Shown here: piece after piece, positions 1 through 8,210 of the stretch
Position numbering within the stretch: position 1 is the stretch's first letter
Layout: every line of letters begins with the position of its first letter
Origin: Verrucomicrobiota bacterium
GTDB lineage: Bacteria > Verrucomicrobiota > Verrucomicrobiia > Limisphaerales > CANJXF01
DNA: 15,857 nucleotides
Direction of reading: 5' to 3'
Assembly (NCBI GenBank): GCA_038214755.1
Contig: JBBQRQ010000114.1
Coordinates: forward strand, 1-15,857
Position numbers and translations under genes: made by a program
The notes under the pieces: generated by a model
Databases searched by the model: none
What the model was told of the DNA's origin: nothing
The model's input: only the letters and a program-made list of their open reading frames with translations

Positions 1-73
1 GAGCGCCGGTTTGCAACCGGCTTAACCCCCGGCACATTCTCAAAGCCGCCAAGCCGGTTGCAAACCGGCGCTC
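1..73. repeat. REP-like inverted doublet (perfect 23-bp inverted repeat, each arm a hairpin); may extend left of the window
   Basis: gagcgccggtttgcaaccggctt (1-23) is the exact reverse complement of aagccggttgcaaaccggcgctc (51-73). Each arm contains the palindrome gccggtt-NNN-aaccggc. Confidence 0.85.
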
Positions 74-192
74 CGTCGCGAGAAAATTTTGTCGAAAACG
101 CGAAATAAGATTGCTTAAGGAAATTGTGGAATTGATATTAAGGGAAACTTGCAGCCGATTTTGCGTCGAAACCATTTTTATTTTCACCCACC

Positions 193-2283
193 ATGAGAAC
201 TTTGCTTGTTCTGGCGCGTCACCCAGACTTGGCGAATGACATTCGCGAGGGGATCAGCGCAACTGCTTACAAAGTCATTCACCGCATCAACGTCGAGGAG
301 GCGGAGCCGTTGATGGTTCACAGCCTGGTCGATGCTTGCATCATTGACATGGACCTGACCGACGTGCAGGGAATCTGGAGCGTGGAAAAGCTGCGCCGCG
401 CGTTGCCCACCTGCCCGGTTATTCTTTTTGCCACTGCGACCAAATGGGAATGGGAAGAGGAAGCTTATCTTCATGGCGTTGCTCACATTTTGACCAAACC
501 CCTTCGTCCCCGTTTATTCAACGCGCTGCTCGAACGACTTTGGGTAACGCCGGTTGCGAAAACCGAGACCCGTTTCCTGGCGAATCCCCGGTCGGCGGCG
601 GCAGCTCCTCTTGTCGAAGGCGGCGGACAAAAAGCGTTTCAAGCGCTGGAAGTTTTGCGCAAGTTTTCGGCGATCCTGACCCACTCCCTTTGCGCCGAGG
701 CGATGCTCAAACAGTTTTTGCTTTTCTTGCGCGAACTGATCGGGGTCAACCGCGCGTCGATTTTTTTGCGTCAACCTGCCTCGGTCTTCACCAAAATCGG
801 TTACGATGAAAGCCGTCGTTTGCGTTCGGCCTGCGCCATTGGATTGTCGGCGGGTCTGTTGGAACATTTCCAATTGACCTTCGATTCGGGGATCGGTGGA
901 AATCTTTTTCGGAATGGAAAAATCCTTCGTCGCGAAAGCGCGGATGCTCAGAGCGATCCTGAAATCCAAAAGGAATTTGAATTGTTGGGCGCGGAAGTGG
1001 TGATTCCCATTTTGGACCGCGAGGCCTTGATTGGAGTTGCGGCTTTCGATGGCCGAGTCACGGGCGAATCGTTGAGCAACGGCGAACTGGAATTGATTTT
1101 TCATTTGCTGGAGGAGCTCGGCCTGGCCGTAAAAAATATTTCCTTGCACGACCAGCTTTCGTCCAACCACGAAATGATGGCCGACATTTTGCGCCAGCTC
1201 AGCAGCGCGTGCATCGTGGTCAATCGCGACCTTACCCTTCTGCACGTCAATAAAATGGCGCGAAAATATTTTACTCTGGCCGGTCGCCGCAACACCGATT
1301 TGGAATTCAGCGATTTGCCCCAACTGCTCGGCAGCAAAGTGTATCAAGTCCTGAAGACAGGCACGGCCATGGCCACGTTTAAATATAATCCGGCGGAAAA
1401 TCCCACCACGGTTTATCACGTGACGATCGTTCCGTTCCAAGGGGAAAATTCCGTGTTGCCCAATTCGGCTTTGCTCATGGTGGAAGACCACACGCAAAGC
1501 GAGCAGTTGCAGCTTTTGGAAATTGAAGCGGCCAATTTACGTCTGGTAAAAACGATGGCGGACCGGCTGGCCCATGAAATTGGAAATGCCATGGTGCCGA
1601 TCTCCACGCACCAGCAATTGTTGGACGACAAATATAAAGACCCCGAATTCCGCGCCTCACTGGACATAGCGATGGCCGACGGAGTCAAACGTGTTGGAAG
1701 GCTGGTGAACCAAATGCGTTTTCTGGCCAGAGATTCCATTCCGTCCCTTGAGGCGTTTCCGCTGGCTCCGCTCATCGAAGAAGCTTTCCAGGAAGCAAAG
1801 AAACATCAGCAGGCGAAATCCTCGCAATTAAAATATGAGAAAGGCACGCAGCCGATCATCGTGGAAGGGGATCGCGCCGCGCTCAAACATGCGCTGGCCG
1901 AAGTGATGCTCAACGCGCTGCAAGCCAACCCGAATGACGCGCAAATCGACGTGCGGACCGGCGCGAGCGAGGCGCAGGGAGCCGGCGGTGCAAATGGCCA
2001 CCTCAATTCTTCCGGGCACGGAAGAATCTCCATTGAAGTGGAAGACCACGGGATCGGTTTCACGCCTGAGACTGCGCAAAAAGTTTCGGAAGCATTTTTC
2101 ACGACGCGAAACGTCGGGCTGGGCTTGGGTTTGACTGTGACGCAAAAAATTATTGAAACGCATCACGGCAAACTTGAGATCGCAAATTCCGCCATTGGTC
2201 ATTCCGGTCTGGTGCGGATTTCGCTGCCGCTGGAGGAACATCTAGTGGGCAAAGCAGCGGTCTCCCGAAGTGTCCCTAAGTGA
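193..2283 (+). CDS. Cytoplasmic hybrid sensor histidine kinase (atypical REC - GAF - PAS-like - HisKA - HATPase)
   Basis: 696-aa ORF. N-terminal receiver-like fold (IIDMDL, KP). GAF-like segment (VVIPILDREALIGV). PAS-like segment (IVVNRDLTLLHVN). H-box LAHEIGN, N-box MLNALQA, G1 DHGIGF, F-box FFTTR, G2 GLGLGL. No transmembrane segment. Confidence 0.9.
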   Translation: MRTLLVLARHPDLANDIREGISATAYKVIHRINVEEAEPLMVHSLVDACIIDMDLTDVQGIWSVEKLRRALPTCPVILFATATKWEWEEEAYLHGVAHILTKPLRPRLFNALLERLWVTPVAKTETRFLANPRSAAAAPLVEGGGQKAFQALEVLRKFSAILTHSLCAEAMLKQFLLFLRELIGVNRASIFLRQPASVFTKIGYDESRRLRSACAIGLSAGLLEHFQLTFDSGIGGNLFRNGKILRRESADAQSDPEIQKEFELLGAEVVIPILDREALIGVAAFDGRVTGESLSNGELELIFHLLEELGLAVKNISLHDQLSSNHEMMADILRQLSSACIVVNRDLTLLHVNKMARKYFTLAGRRNTDLEFSDLPQLLGSKVYQVLKTGTAMATFKYNPAENPTTVYHVTIVPFQGENSVLPNSALLMVEDHTQSEQLQLLEIEAANLRLVKTMADRLAHEIGNAMVPISTHQQLLDDKYKDPEFRASLDIAMADGVKRVGRLVNQMRFLARDSIPSLEAFPLAPLIEEAFQEAKKHQQAKSSQLKYEKGTQPIIVEGDRAALKHALAEVMLNALQANPNDAQIDVRTGASEAQGAGGANGHLNSSGHGRISIEVEDHGIGFTPETAQKVSEAFFTTRNVGLGLGLTVTQKIIETHHGKLEIANSAIGHSGLVRISLPLEEHLVGKAAVSRSVPK

Positions 2284-2417
2284 GATTGCGGCGGTGATTG
2301 CGCTTGTGCAGCAAGGTTTTTTCGCTAGCCTTAAGGACACCATTACAAGAGCGAGCGGGGTTTTTTCAGAATCGCCGCCCTAGTTTGTGGAAAGTTTTTT
2401 TTGATTCGGCCAACGCC

Positions 2418-3680
2418 ATGATTAACAGAACGATTTCAAAATCCAACGGAGAGTCGCCCACACGCAAGCACACTTTGTTGATTGTCGATGACGAAGAAGG
2501 CCCCCGTCAATCGCTCCGCGTAATTTTTAAAGATGATTACCATATTCTCCTGGCTGAGAGTGGAGCGCAGGCAATTGAGTTGGCGCAGGAAAATCACATT
2601 GACGCCGTCATCTCGGATATTCGGATGGCGGGCATGTCAGGAATCGAGTTGCTCGAAAAACTAAAGCAAGTGGATTCCGGGGTCGAGGTCATCATGCTCA
2701 CCGCGTATGAAACGATCGAGACCGCCCGCCAGGCATTGCGTTTCGGCGCGTGCGATTATCTCAACAAACCCTTTGACCTGGGAACGGTGCGCGCGGCGGT
2801 GGCTGGCGCAATCGAGCGGCGGACCCTCTCTCACGAAATGCGGGTGAACAACCTCAAATTACTCGAGCTGCAAGCGCAATTGAAGAGTCAAAAGGTGCGC
2901 GACGAAATTACCCAATCCAACGGCGAAATTTACGCGAGCATCATCCATGACATCAACGGTCCGCTCACCATTATTTCCGGCTTCATTCAACTGATCAACC
3001 AACACATCGCCGACGCCAGTCGGATCGAAGGAGAAGCATTGGACATGGTGAAAGATCGGTTGAAACGGATGACGCGACAGGTGACAAATTGCATCGAAAT
3101 TTCCCAACGCTACCTCAGCTTCATGCGCACGCGCGCTCCGCAAAACGCGAGGATTCGAGTCAACCAGGTGCTGAAGGATTTGGAGGAACTTTTGCGCGCT
3201 CATCCCAGCGCCCAAGCCCATGAACTTTCCGTTGGCTCCTTGCCGCAGGACGTGACCCTGGAAATAAATGGAACGGATTTGATCCAGATACTGCTCAATC
3301 TCTCCATCAATGCGCTTCAAGCCACCGACGAGCCGCACTCGGTCACAGTTACTGGGCAAGTGTTTGACGACGCCTCCGAAATGCCAAAATTGCAAATGGG
3401 TCTGACGGATGTTCTGCTCAACCAGGACGGCTTTCAAAATTCCGGGCCGATCTTAAAACTTTCGGTGCAGGATACTGGCCCTGGCATCCCTCCCAAACTC
3501 CTCTCGAAAATTTTCGCCCCTTATTTCTCGACCAAGCCGGAAGGCAAGGGCACCGGCCTCGGTCTGTCGATTGTGCAACGTTTATTAAAAGAAGCGCGCG
3601 GCCTGTTGCATCTTCGCTCGATTGTCGGTGAGGGAACGACGTTCGACCTCTACTTGCCTGCGGTCACCGTTCACGAATAG
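2418..3680 (+). CDS. Hybrid response regulator / histidine kinase (REC - HisKA - HATPase)
   Basis: ATG 2418 is preferred over the upstream TTG at 2298. Canonical receiver (IVDDE, SDIRM, LTA, KPF). H-box IIHDINGP, N-box INALQA, G1 DTGPGI, F-box YFSTK, G2 GTGLGL. Confidence 0.9.
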   Translation: MINRTISKSNGESPTRKHTLLIVDDEEGPRQSLRVIFKDDYHILLAESGAQAIELAQENHIDAVISDIRMAGMSGIELLEKLKQVDSGVEVIMLTAYETIETARQALRFGACDYLNKPFDLGTVRAAVAGAIERRTLSHEMRVNNLKLLELQAQLKSQKVRDEITQSNGEIYASIIHDINGPLTIISGFIQLINQHIADASRIEGEALDMVKDRLKRMTRQVTNCIEISQRYLSFMRTRAPQNARIRVNQVLKDLEELLRAHPSAQAHELSVGSLPQDVTLEINGTDLIQILLNLSINALQATDEPHSVTVTGQVFDDASEMPKLQMGLTDVLLNQDGFQNSGPILKLSVQDTGPGIPPKLLSKIFAPYFSTKPEGKGTGLGLSIVQRLLKEARGLLHLRSIVGEGTTFDLYLPAVTVHE

Positions 3681-3690
3681 TTTTAACTGG

Positions 3691-3714
3691 GTAGCATCTG
3701 CCTCCGGCGGGTGC
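3691..3714 (+). repeat. Single degenerate GTAG-type REP-like hairpin downstream of the kinase
   Basis: gtag followed by the stem gcatctgcc-tcc-ggcgggtgc (9 bp with two G:T pairs), 10 nt after the kinase stop codon. Confidence 0.45.
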
Positions 3715-3758
3715 GAAATCTCCAAGTGCCAGGAATCAATAGCAAGAGTGTTTTCAGC

Positions 3759-3809
3759 CGTAAATCCGAATTCCGATGGCCGAAAGAAATCCGAGGCCCG
3801 AAGGCCGAA
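3759..3809 (+). repeat. Degenerate heptamer tandem array (AAATCCG-like), left arm
   Basis: aaatccg aattccg atggccg aaag aaatccg aggcccg aaggccg aa. Confidence 0.75.
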
Positions 3810-3819
3810 TTTTCGCCTC

Positions 3820-3942
3820 GGACGGCGGGGACAGGTCTCCGCTTTGGCTGCCTGGTGGCAAAGGCGATGGCCTGAATTAGCTCGGGGAGTTTCCAATGTC
3901 AGCGAGGCGCGCAGGAAAAGCGGCGTCCTGCCGCCGCAGTCC
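3820..3942. repeat. REP-like inverted pair (GGAC/GGAG-TGCGGC...GCCGCTTT family)
   Basis: ggacggcggggacaggtctccgcttt (3820-3845) matches the reverse complement of aaagcggcgtcctgccgccgcagtcc (3917-3942) at 21 of 26 positions. Same family as 9855-9957. Confidence 0.7.
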
Positions 3943-3976
3943 ACAGCACTTTGCCGGGCGTTGGCGGCAAATCGTT

Positions 3977-4035
3977 TTCGGTCTTCGGATTTCGGACTTC
4001 TTTCGGATTTCGGTGATTCGGATTTCGGATTTACG
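3977..4035 (-). repeat. Heptamer tandem array (TTCGGAT-like), right arm, inverted relative to 3759-3809
   Basis: ttcggtc ttcggat ttcggac ttct ttcggat ttcggtg a ttcggat ttcggat tt. The outer 12 bp (4024-4035) are the exact reverse complement of 3759-3770. Confidence 0.8.
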
Positions 4036-4276
4036 AGAAGCTTGTTTCCTCGTTGCTGGCTTCGGAGTTAAATCTTTCCGGAACGAAATTCTTAAACATG
4101 GAAAGACCTTCCCGGACTACGTTCATCGCATCTTTGTCCACGATCTGATAATACCGATTCCGTTCCACCAAAATGTTGTCGAGCGCTAGTTCGACCGAGT
4201 CGAACTCATCGAGAAAATCTTTGATGCCACCGTGCGAGCGGCCGACATAATAAGTAAAAACCAAATATTTCTTCAT
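4031..4276 (-). CDS. Small hypothetical protein (81 aa)
   Basis: ATG start with GGAG about 13 nt upstream and a globular-looking composition (MKKYLVFTYYVG...GGIKDFLDEFDS). No family recognised. Confidence 0.7.
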   Translation of the reverse strand: MKKYLVFTYYVGRSHGGIKDFLDEFDSVELALDNILVERNRYYQIVDKDAMNVVREGLSMFKNFVPERFNSEASNEETSFS

Positions 4277-4669
4277 AGTTGCTAACTGACTCCGGCTTGG
4301 GGTCGGCTTTGCTACTCGCGATGTTTAGCAACCGTTGTGCCGCTGTGTCCTGGAGGCAAAACATCTCAAATGAAGAAGACTTTTCTGTATTGCTTGTGGA
4401 CGGGTGTCTCGCCGTAGCGCACGGAAGATGTGTTCTGCGCGGGAGGTCCCAGTTAAGCCGCTAGAGCGAAACTCCCGGCGAGCTTCAATTTAATTTTTTT
4501 CTGATTGGAAAAATATCCGAGATGGAGGGAGCCTCGTTCTACCGTTCTGCGCCTCCGACGCCAGGAGGTTCTTGCTTCTCAATGAACACTTCTTGTTTCA
4601 TTGAGTCGGCCTGATGACGGAGTGCTGGAGAGCGCAACGAAAATCCTAAAAATCTATTTCACAGAATCA

Positions 4670-5392
4670 TTACTCCGCCTTGATCGGTCGAATCCTGATA
4701 TTGCGGAACGAGACTTGTCCGTGGTCGCCCTGCAAAGCAAGGTAGCCAGTATCCGACTTGGCGAAGAGCGGCATCTTCCCGAATTTGCTCTTGGCTACCC
4801 GCTCCTTAAAATCCTCGCTGCCCAACACATACTCGAAGTATTTAACGCCGTTGACGAAGTGCGCACACTTCTTCGGGCTGATGAGGATGCGGAGATGGTT
4901 CCACTGCCCGGCGGGCTTGGTGGCGTCGATAGGCTCGCCCGTTTTGGGATCAGTGGGTGGCTGGTAGAGACCGTATAACCAGCCGCAACGTTGCGGGTCT
5001 TTGGCTGCCTGATTGTCTTCGAGTTGAATTTCCGGCCCGGTTTGCCAGGCTTTTTCGCCTTCATCGGTGACGTGAAACATGATGCCGCTATTGCCGCCAA
5101 CAGAGATGTTGTAGTCCAACTCGAATTCGAACCAATCGAACTTATCGGAGGTAACTAGGTCACCGGCGTCGTGGGGATCAACACACACCAACATGCCATC
5201 TTTCACTTGCCAGCCCGGGCGGACATCTTCGGCTTTGAAGTTATGCCAGCCGGTAAAGTCTTTGCCATTGAACAGGAGTTTCCATCCCGTTTTTTTTTCC
5301 ATGGAGGTCAGGGCATTGGTCTTTTCAGCGGCGAAGATACGAGGAGTGGCAAGGGTGATAAGAGTAAGGGTAAGTAAAGCAAAATGTTTCAT
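4670..5392 (-). CDS. Secreted DUF1080 (3-keto-disaccharide hydrolase-like) protein
   Basis: Signal peptide MKHFALLTLTLITLA. Family motifs GWKLLFNGKDFTGW, GNSGIMF, GPEIQL, GQWN and LALQGDHGQVSFRNIRIR. Confidence 0.9.
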   Translation of the reverse strand: MKHFALLTLTLITLATPRIFAAEKTNALTSMEKKTGWKLLFNGKDFTGWHNFKAEDVRPGWQVKDGMLVCVDPHDAGDLVTSDKFDWFEFELDYNISVGGNSGIMFHVTDEGEKAWQTGPEIQLEDNQAAKDPQRCGWLYGLYQPPTDPKTGEPIDATKPAGQWNHLRILISPKKCAHFVNGVKYFEYVLGSEDFKERVAKSKFGKMPLFAKSDTGYLALQGDHGQVSFRNIRIRPIKAE

Positions 5393-5416
5393 AGTTGGAT
5401 AAATTGTTCAGGCATC

Positions 5417-5698
5417 TTAGTTGTCCTTCACGTAACGAGCAACATCGTTGTGGTTGCCGACCGTGGCGAGAAAGATGTTTCCGTCAAAAAGGTAAAACAA
5501 AACGCGAAGCTGAAGTCCAGCCCGGAACTCTAAATATTTTCCAACGCGCCGAATGCTGATGCCCGAATGGGAGTGAGGTTTTCCAACGGCATCTGACAAT
5601 CGAGCCACAGCCGCATTAACCGCCGATTTTTCCTGCGGGGTGAGTTTTTTAAAAGCGCGGTCGTAGGCGGCGCGGTTGAAAATTTTCACGGCTTCCAT
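5417..5698 (-). CDS. RelE/ParE-superfamily toxin (alternative start GTG 5689, overlapping the antitoxin TGA)
   Basis: Basic protein of about 90 aa: YDRAFKKL...LEFRAGLQLRVLF...VGNHNDV. Translationally coupled to the upstream antitoxin. Confidence 0.7.
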   Translation of the reverse strand: MEAVKIFNRAAYDRAFKKLTPQEKSAVNAAVARLSDAVGKPHSHSGISIRRVGKYLEFRAGLQLRVLFYLFDGNIFLATVGNHNDVARYVKDN

Positions 5699-5934
5699 TC
5701 CGTGAGCTTGCCTGCCTTTTTCAGCGTGCGCGTTTCGCGAATGTCTTTCTGGTAACGCCGCTCTACTTGTTCAGCGGTCACTCCGTATTCCGCCAGCGCG
5801 TCGTTCGTGCCGCAAAAATAATTCCACGCGGCTTCCTGCATCGCGGCGGAAAAATCCTTGAAACGGCCGGAGGCAATCTGGCTTTTGACAAGCTCAGTAA
5901 CCGGCTCGGTGAGAGTGACGTGATGACTTTTCAT
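5686..5934 (-). CDS. ParD-like ribbon-helix-helix antitoxin (82 aa)
   Basis: Starts at ATG 5934: MKSHHVTLTEPVTELVKSQIASGRFKDFSAAMQEA resembles the ParD/CC2985 N-terminus (V.L......V...V.SGRY.S.SE). Overlaps the toxin gene. Confidence 0.75.
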   Translation of the reverse strand: MKSHHVTLTEPVTELVKSQIASGRFKDFSAAMQEAAWNYFCGTNDALAEYGVTAEQVERRYQKDIRETRTLKKAGKLTEWKP

Positions 5935-5941
5935 GATGCGT

Positions 5942-5970
5942 ATTCTGACACAATGGGTATTCGCGGTCAA
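5942..5970 (-). promoter_or_regulatory. sigma70-like promoter of the TA operon (probably leaderless)
   Basis: Minus strand TTGACC - 17 nt - CAGAAT (with an extended TG), 7 nt before ATG 5934. No Shine-Dalgarno sequence. Confidence 0.55.
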
Positions 5971-6014
5971 TGTGTGGCGACAACACGAATGCAATGGCTT
6001 TATAACAAAGTTGC

Positions 6015-7577
6015 CTACGCGACTTCGGCAGCGGTCTTGGTCAGCGGCTTGACCAGTGGCTGGGGTGAACGTTGAAACCATGTTCGCCACCCTTCGCTGA
6101 TTTCCAAAAAGGCCCAGCCCAGGATTGCCTTGACGATAGGAATGGAACTGCTGTGAGCGAAAGTGAAACCGCCAAACATGAATCGGCGATTATCGTTTTT
6201 TTCTCCCAGCTTTTCTCGCGCTCGCCGGGATCGCGCCATTTGCGCAAAACGTCGGTTGTATGTCCGCATCAAATGGTAAAAAGGAACGGACGGCGTCGTG
6301 CTGAAAAGCGGTTCGCACAGCGCCTGCTCGCCGCGTTTGAAGGGCTGCGCTGCGACGCCCAAATAGTAAAACCCCAGGTCCATCAGAAACGCCAGTTTCA
6401 CTAAATCGAATTCACCAAAATATTCATACTTGTCCCGATAGATCGCCTCGAACCAGCGCGTGTAACTCCGGGCGAAATCGCGATTATGCAGTTCAACTTT
6501 ATCCTTGATGCACTCACCTCGTTGTTGCGCGACGATCAAAGTTTTTGTGCGCGTCGCGCTGAACGAAATCCAATCCATCCCCGGACTGTAAAACGGATCG
6601 ATGAACCCGGCGGCGTCGCCCACAATGGAAAAACCGTCACCGGCGAAAGTCGTGCTGAAGTAGGGAAGATTTTTCCGCCAATGCACGTCGCCTTCCGTCC
6701 ACTGCGCGTCGGCCATCAACTCGCGCGCCACCGGATGTTTCGTCAAGAAAGTTTTCAAACGATCTCCGATGGCGCCGTCCTGAGGAAAATCTACCAATCG
6801 CTGATCGAAGGTTACTCCGATGCTCACGTCGCCGCCCTTGAGCGGAATCCACCAAGCCCACCAGCCGTCGCCCATGAGATGGTTCGTGGCAGTGCCGCGA
6901 ACGCCGTAACATTGCATCGCCCATTTCGGAAATTTTTTGGCGAGCGCCGCATCTTCAAATTCTTTCACGTTTTTCCAACGCGACCAAACGGCGGTGGTTG
7001 GGTGCGCGGAGTTGGCGCGCCACCATCCTTGTTGCCGCGCGAGAAATGCCGCGACGCCCGAAGCATCCACCACCCAGCGCGCGCGAATTTGTTCGGTGCG
7101 CTCGCCTTCTTTCAACGTGACGATTTGTTCGCCGCCGGAAATGAGTTCAATTTTTTGCACGCTCGCCGGACGGCGCAATTGCGCGCCGAGCAAACATGCG
7201 CGTCGCAAAACTTCTTCATCCAGCGCGGCGCGATCCACGAGGTAGGCTGGGACGCGCGACAAATAGCGTCCGCCAATTTCGCCGCATTGATCAATCGATT
7301 CAGTGCGGTTGTTGGCGAACCAGAAGCGCAATCCATTTTTGTTGATCTGCGTTTCGTTGAGATATTTGGTCAGGCCGAGAGAGTGCGTGAGAAAATAGGT
7401 GCTTACTTCCACGGTCGCTTCGCCAACGCGCCGGGTGAAGGCGGGCGATTTTTCGACAATCAAAATTCGCAGCGTGGGAAGTTCCTGCAAAAGCAATGTC
7501 GCGGTCGCTGCACCGGACAGCGCGCCGCCAAGAATCACCACGTCAAACGCGCTCTCATTTTTAGCTGCGTCATTCAT
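6015..7577 (-). CDS. Flavin-dependent halogenase-like FAD oxidoreductase (tryptophan halogenase superfamily)
   Basis: Rossmann motif DVVILGGALSG, RVGEAT, candidate catalytic Lys in INKNGLRFWF, VVDASG, the WxWxIP motif (WAWWIPL) and GDAAGFIDPFYSPG. Confidence 0.8.
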   Translation of the reverse strand: MNDAAKNESAFDVVILGGALSGAATATLLLQELPTLRILIVEKSPAFTRRVGEATVEVSTYFLTHSLGLTKYLNETQINKNGLRFWFANNRTESIDQCGEIGGRYLSRVPAYLVDRAALDEEVLRRACLLGAQLRRPASVQKIELISGGEQIVTLKEGERTEQIRARWVVDASGVAAFLARQQGWWRANSAHPTTAVWSRWKNVKEFEDAALAKKFPKWAMQCYGVRGTATNHLMGDGWWAWWIPLKGGDVSIGVTFDQRLVDFPQDGAIGDRLKTFLTKHPVARELMADAQWTEGDVHWRKNLPYFSTTFAGDGFSIVGDAAGFIDPFYSPGMDWISFSATRTKTLIVAQQRGECIKDKVELHNRDFARSYTRWFEAIYRDKYEYFGEFDLVKLAFLMDLGFYYLGVAAQPFKRGEQALCEPLFSTTPSVPFYHLMRTYNRRFAQMARSRRAREKLGEKNDNRRFMFGGFTFAHSSSIPIVKAILGWAFLEISEGWRTWFQRSPQPLVKPLTKTAAEVA

Positions 7578-7583
7578 CGCATC

Positions 7584-7614
7584 AAAAAAAATGCGGCGGT
7601 TGGCAAACCGCCGC
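7584..7614 (-). terminator. Intrinsic terminator after the PepSY-like gene
   Basis: Minus strand gcggcggtt-tgcc-aaccgccgc (perfect 9-bp stem) followed by A and then T8. Confidence 0.7.
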
Positions 7615-7628
7615 TGGAGAATTCCAAA

Positions 7629-8210
7629 TCAATCCACCCGATTGATGTGCAGATCGTTTTTCACAACCTTGCCGTCGGTGGCGTTGACGAAGACTTCGCC
7701 GATATCGACGGTCTTGGTGGTATCACGAAGTTTCGCGGCCCAGAAGCGCACCTTCCAGACTGGCTCGGCCGACCAGCGTTCGAGTTTCATCTGGGTCGAA
7801 GTGAGCGTGAGATTATTCAGAAGCGAATCTTTTTTCGCGATGTCCAACGCTTTGTCGGAATCAATTTTTAATTTTTCCTTGGGGATTTCCGTGTTGCCCG
7901 AAGCGAACTCCAAAATCCGCGCGGGCCGTTTCACGGAAAGTTTTTTCCCGGCGCCAAATTTCACTTCCGTCGCTTTGGCCGTGGCATCCGGGTCGTAATA
8001 GACGATGTACCAAATGTTCGGCACGAGAGTGCCGACCGATTTTTCAGAGCGGATTTGCGCCACTCGATCTTTGGCTTCTTCGCCGACGTGTTTATTGCCT
8101 TCTTTGACCAGATCAAAGGCCGTGGGTTCTGCTCCCGCCGCCAGAAGCGGCGCTGCCAGTAGGGTTGCTGCGCCACAAAGGGCGAACAGGTTTAAAATAT
8201 TTTTCTTCAT
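7629..8210 (-). CDS. Secreted protein with a PepSY-like C-terminal domain
   Basis: Signal peptide MKKNILNLFALCGAATLLAAPLLA. PepSY-like motifs IDSDKALDIAK, PVWKVRF and VFVNATDGKVV. Confidence 0.7.
   Translation of the reverse strand: MKKNILNLFALCGAATLLAAPLLAAGAEPTAFDLVKEGNKHVGEEAKDRVAQIRSEKSVGTLVPNIWYIVYYDPDATAKATEVKFGAGKKLSVKRPARILEFASGNTEIPKEKLKIDSDKALDIAKKDSLLNNLTLTSTQMKLERWSAEPVWKVRFWAAKLRDTTKTVDIGEVFVNATDGKVVKNDLHINRVD

Noticed and set aside
514..1497. 327-aa minus-strand ORF
   Set aside because: Antisense shadow of the histidine kinase.
2298..2417. Extended TTG start for kinase 2
   Set aside because: The extra 40 residues look non-coding. ATG 2418 lies just before the receiver domain.
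3759..4035. Possible CRISPR array
   Set aside because: The units are 7-nt tandem repeats without unique spacers, and there are no cas genes.
3585..4189. ORFs 3585-3944, 3622-4071 and 3896-4189
   Set aside because: They translate heptamer and REP repeats (SDFGLLSDFG, FGLRISDF) and have no protein-like features.
4370..4417. 15-codon ORF MKKTFLYCLWTGVSP with an upstream GGAGG, as a possible leader peptide
   Set aside because: The SD spacing is long (13 nt), and there is no downstream co-oriented gene or attenuator structure, so it cannot be distinguished from chance.
5935..6090. N-terminal extension of the antitoxin in the 134-aa ORF call
   Set aside because: It overlaps the halogenase 3' end and the promoter. 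The ParD-like sequence begins at ATG 5934.
6486..7871. 461-aa plus-strand ORF
   Set aside because: Antisense shadow of the halogenase and PepSY-like genes, with no recognisable motifs.
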